Assembly: GCF_900187275.1 (NCBI RefSeq)
Contig: NZ_LT906458.1
Span: forward strand, 1 to 32,000
Length of the DNA: 32,000 bases
Source: Pasteurella multocida
Lineage (GTDB): Bacteria > Pseudomonadota > Gammaproteobacteria > Enterobacterales > Pasteurellaceae
Direction of reading: 5' to 3'
Shown here: positions 30,480-32,000 of the stretch, piece by piece
Layout: each line of letters starts with the position of its first letter
How positions within the stretch are numbered: the stretch's first letter is position 1
Position numbers and translations under genes: made by a program
Notes under the pieces: generated by a model
Databases searched by the model: none
Told to the model about the DNA's origin: nothing
Seen by the model: only the letters and a program-made list of their open reading frames with translations

Positions 30480-30514
30480 TGACTAATTATGCTATTATTA
30501 TGCATAAATATTTA
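30480..30514. promoter_or_regulatory. Candidate pair of ArgR (ARG) boxes in the argC/argE divergent region
   Basis: TGCATAAATATTTA (30501..30514, 8 of 10 consensus arm positions) and a weaker TGACTAATTATGCT (30480..30493), with 21-bp spacing between equivalent positions. Confidence 0.5.
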
Positions 30515-30550
30515 AAAGGCAATGTCTTTCTATTTATCAAGGGAAAAACG

Positions 30551-31699
30551 ATGAAAAAAATTCCTTCTTTTTTGCAAATGTATTCCGCACTGATCGCTTC
30601 ACCAACGATGAGTAGTATTGATCCACATTTTGATCAATCTAACCGCACCTTAATTGAATTATTAGCGAATTGGCTGAGTTCCCTTGGTTTTAAAACAGAG
30701 GTTATTCCTCTAGAGGGGAGTCGTGATAAATTTAATTTATTAGCGACTTATGGTGAAGGGGAAGGCGGTTTACTCTTAGCGGGACATACAGATACTGTGC
30801 CTTTTGATGAGGGGCGTTGGCAGTTTGATCCGTTTAAACTTACTGAAAAAGACGGTAAGTTTTATGGTTTAGGCACGGCAGATATGAAAGGGTTTTTTGC
30901 TTTTGTCATTGATGCGGTAAGCCAGTTGGATTTAACGAGATTGACAAAACCCTTGCGCATTTTGGCGACGGCGGATGAAGAAACTACCATGTTAGGAGCA
31001 AGAACTTTTATTCAACATAGCCATATTCGTCCTGATTGTGCGATTATCGGTGAGCCAACATCATTAAAGCCTATTCGTGCGCATAAAGGGCATGTAGGTG
31101 AAGCGTTACGAATTACAGGAAAAAGTGGACATTCGAGCGATCCTAGCAAGGGGATTAATGCGATTGAATTAATGCACGAGGCAACGGGTTATTTAATGCA
31201 AATGCGGGATGAATTACGCCAGAAATATCATCATGCTGCATTTAATATCCCTTATCCAACGATGAATTTTGGCGCTATTTCAGGGGGAGATGCGGTGAAT
31301 CGTATTTGTGCTTGCTGTGAATTGCATTTTGATATTCGCCCTTTGCCGAATTTACGTTTAACGGATCTGAATGAAATGTTACAAGCAAAATTAGCCCCGA
31401 TGTTTGAAAAATGGGGGGATCGCATTTCGTTACAAGCTTTGCATGACCCTATTCCAGGCTATGAATGTGCGCATTCGGCACAAGTGGTGCAGGTGGTGGA
31501 AAAATTATTAGGTGAGCAATGTGAGACGGTGAACTATTGTACGGAGGCGCCTTTTATTCAACAGCTTTGTCCGACCTTGGTATTAGGTCCGGGATCCATT
31601 GAGCAGGCACATCAACCAGATGAATTTTTATCTGCTGAATTTATTGATCCAACTCGCGAGTTATTGAGCAAACTGATTGGGCAGTTTTGTACAGGCTAA
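30551..31699 (+). CDS. argE: Acetylornithine deacetylase
   Basis: [22 protein letters not shown]..., [52 protein letters not shown]; ATG at 30551 preferred over the 30479 ORF start. Confidence 0.95.
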   Translation: MKKIPSFLQMYSALIASPTMSSIDPHFDQSNRTLIELLANWLSSLGFKTEVIPLEGSRDKFNLLATYGEGEGGLLLAGHTDTVPFDEGRWQFDPFKLTEKDGKFYGLGTADMKGFFAFVIDAVSQLDLTRLTKPLRILATADEETTMLGARTFIQHSHIRPDCAIIGEPTSLKPIRAHKGHVGEALRITGKSGHSSDPSKGINAIELMHEATGYLMQMRDELRQKYHHAAFNIPYPTMNFGAISGGDAVNRICACCELHFDIRPLPNLRLTDLNEMLQAKLAPMFEKWGDRISLQALHDPIPGYECAHSAQVVQVVEKLLGEQCETVNYCTEAPFIQQLCPTLVLGPGSIEQAHQPDEFLSAEFIDPTRELLSKLIGQFCTG

Positions 31700-31718
31700 A
31701 TGCTAGATCAAGATCGAA

Positions 31719-31765
31719 AAAGTGCGGTCTGTTTTAAAAAAGTTTTCTCAAACAGACCGCACTTT
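31719..31765. terminator. Bidirectional terminator formed by two inverted uptake-sequence copies
   Basis: AAAGTGCGGTCTGTTT ... AAACAGACCGCACTTT, 16-bp perfect arms with a 15-nt loop, between convergent argE and the edge gene. Confidence 0.75.
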
Positions 31766-31784
31766 GGATGCGTATTTTGAGTAG

Positions 31785-32000
31785 TTATTTTAATAAATCT
31801 TCATTTTTCGCATGAATCCATTTACCGCGTTTTTTATCTATATATTGGAAATATTCGTTGGTAAAGGTGCCTTGTGAACAGGTGAGCTTATCTAGACGGG
31901 AATTCACCTCTTTATTTTCTAGTGCTTTGATCAGCGTTTCGGGACCTGTTAAGCAAAATACACCGCCCTCAATCCGTTTTTGTTCAATGTTGCTAATAAT
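31785..32000 (-). CDS. C-terminal part of a hypothetical protein running off the right edge
   Basis: Hand translation of the reverse strand: ...IISNIEQKRIEGGVFCLTGPETLIKALENKEVNSRLDKLTCSQGTFTNEYFQYIDKKRGKWIHAKNEDLLK*; 71 codons open to the window edge; absent from the ORF track. Confidence 0.6.
   Translation of the reverse strand: MISNIEQKRIEGGVFCLTGPETLIKALENKEVNSRLDKLTCSQGTFTNEYFQYIDKKRGKWIHAKNEDLLK

Noticed and set aside
1-32000. CRISPR arrays, transposases, integrases, toxin-antitoxin or defence gene clusters, tRNA and rRNA genes
   Set aside because: No regularly spaced repeats, no recognisable mobile or defence proteins in the ORF track, and no tRNA- or rRNA-like sequence noticed.

Overview
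The window looks like chromosomal core sequence from a Pasteurellaceae bacterium, most likely Pasteurella multocida or a close relative. Support comes from protein similarity recalled from memory and at least 12 perfect copies of the Haemophilus/Pasteurella-type DNA uptake core AAGTGCGGT. Contents in order: dnaA-dnaN-recF; a SAM methyltransferase; crp, yheU, slmA, dut and coaBC; radC; rpmB-rpmG-mutM; a glycosyltransferase cluster with an embedded rpmE between mutM/fpg and priA (the described position of the P. multocida LPS outer-core locus); priA and ftsN; a TetR/RND efflux cluster with an inserted free-methionine sulfoxide reductase gene; perM and a yfgD/ArsC-like gene; arfA; a small hypothetical gene; argH-argB-argC with divergent argE; and a truncated hypothetical gene at the right edge. 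I found no mobile element, CRISPR array, defence island or clearly novel multi-gene system. The best second-look signals are: (1) a GT4 glycosyltransferase gene in the LPS locus cut by one in-frame TAA while the frame stays open on both sides; (2) a terminator-like hairpin of about 23 bp inside arfA, matching non-stop mRNA control of that gene; (3) a 20-bp perfect palindrome overlapping the -10 region of the TetR gene; (4) an rpmE promoter and leader arranged so that they could also drive two LPS genes; (5) candidate ArgR, CRP-S and Fur sites; (6) a structured leader upstream of rpmB. All functional calls come from reading sequence and remembered family knowledge; no search was run.
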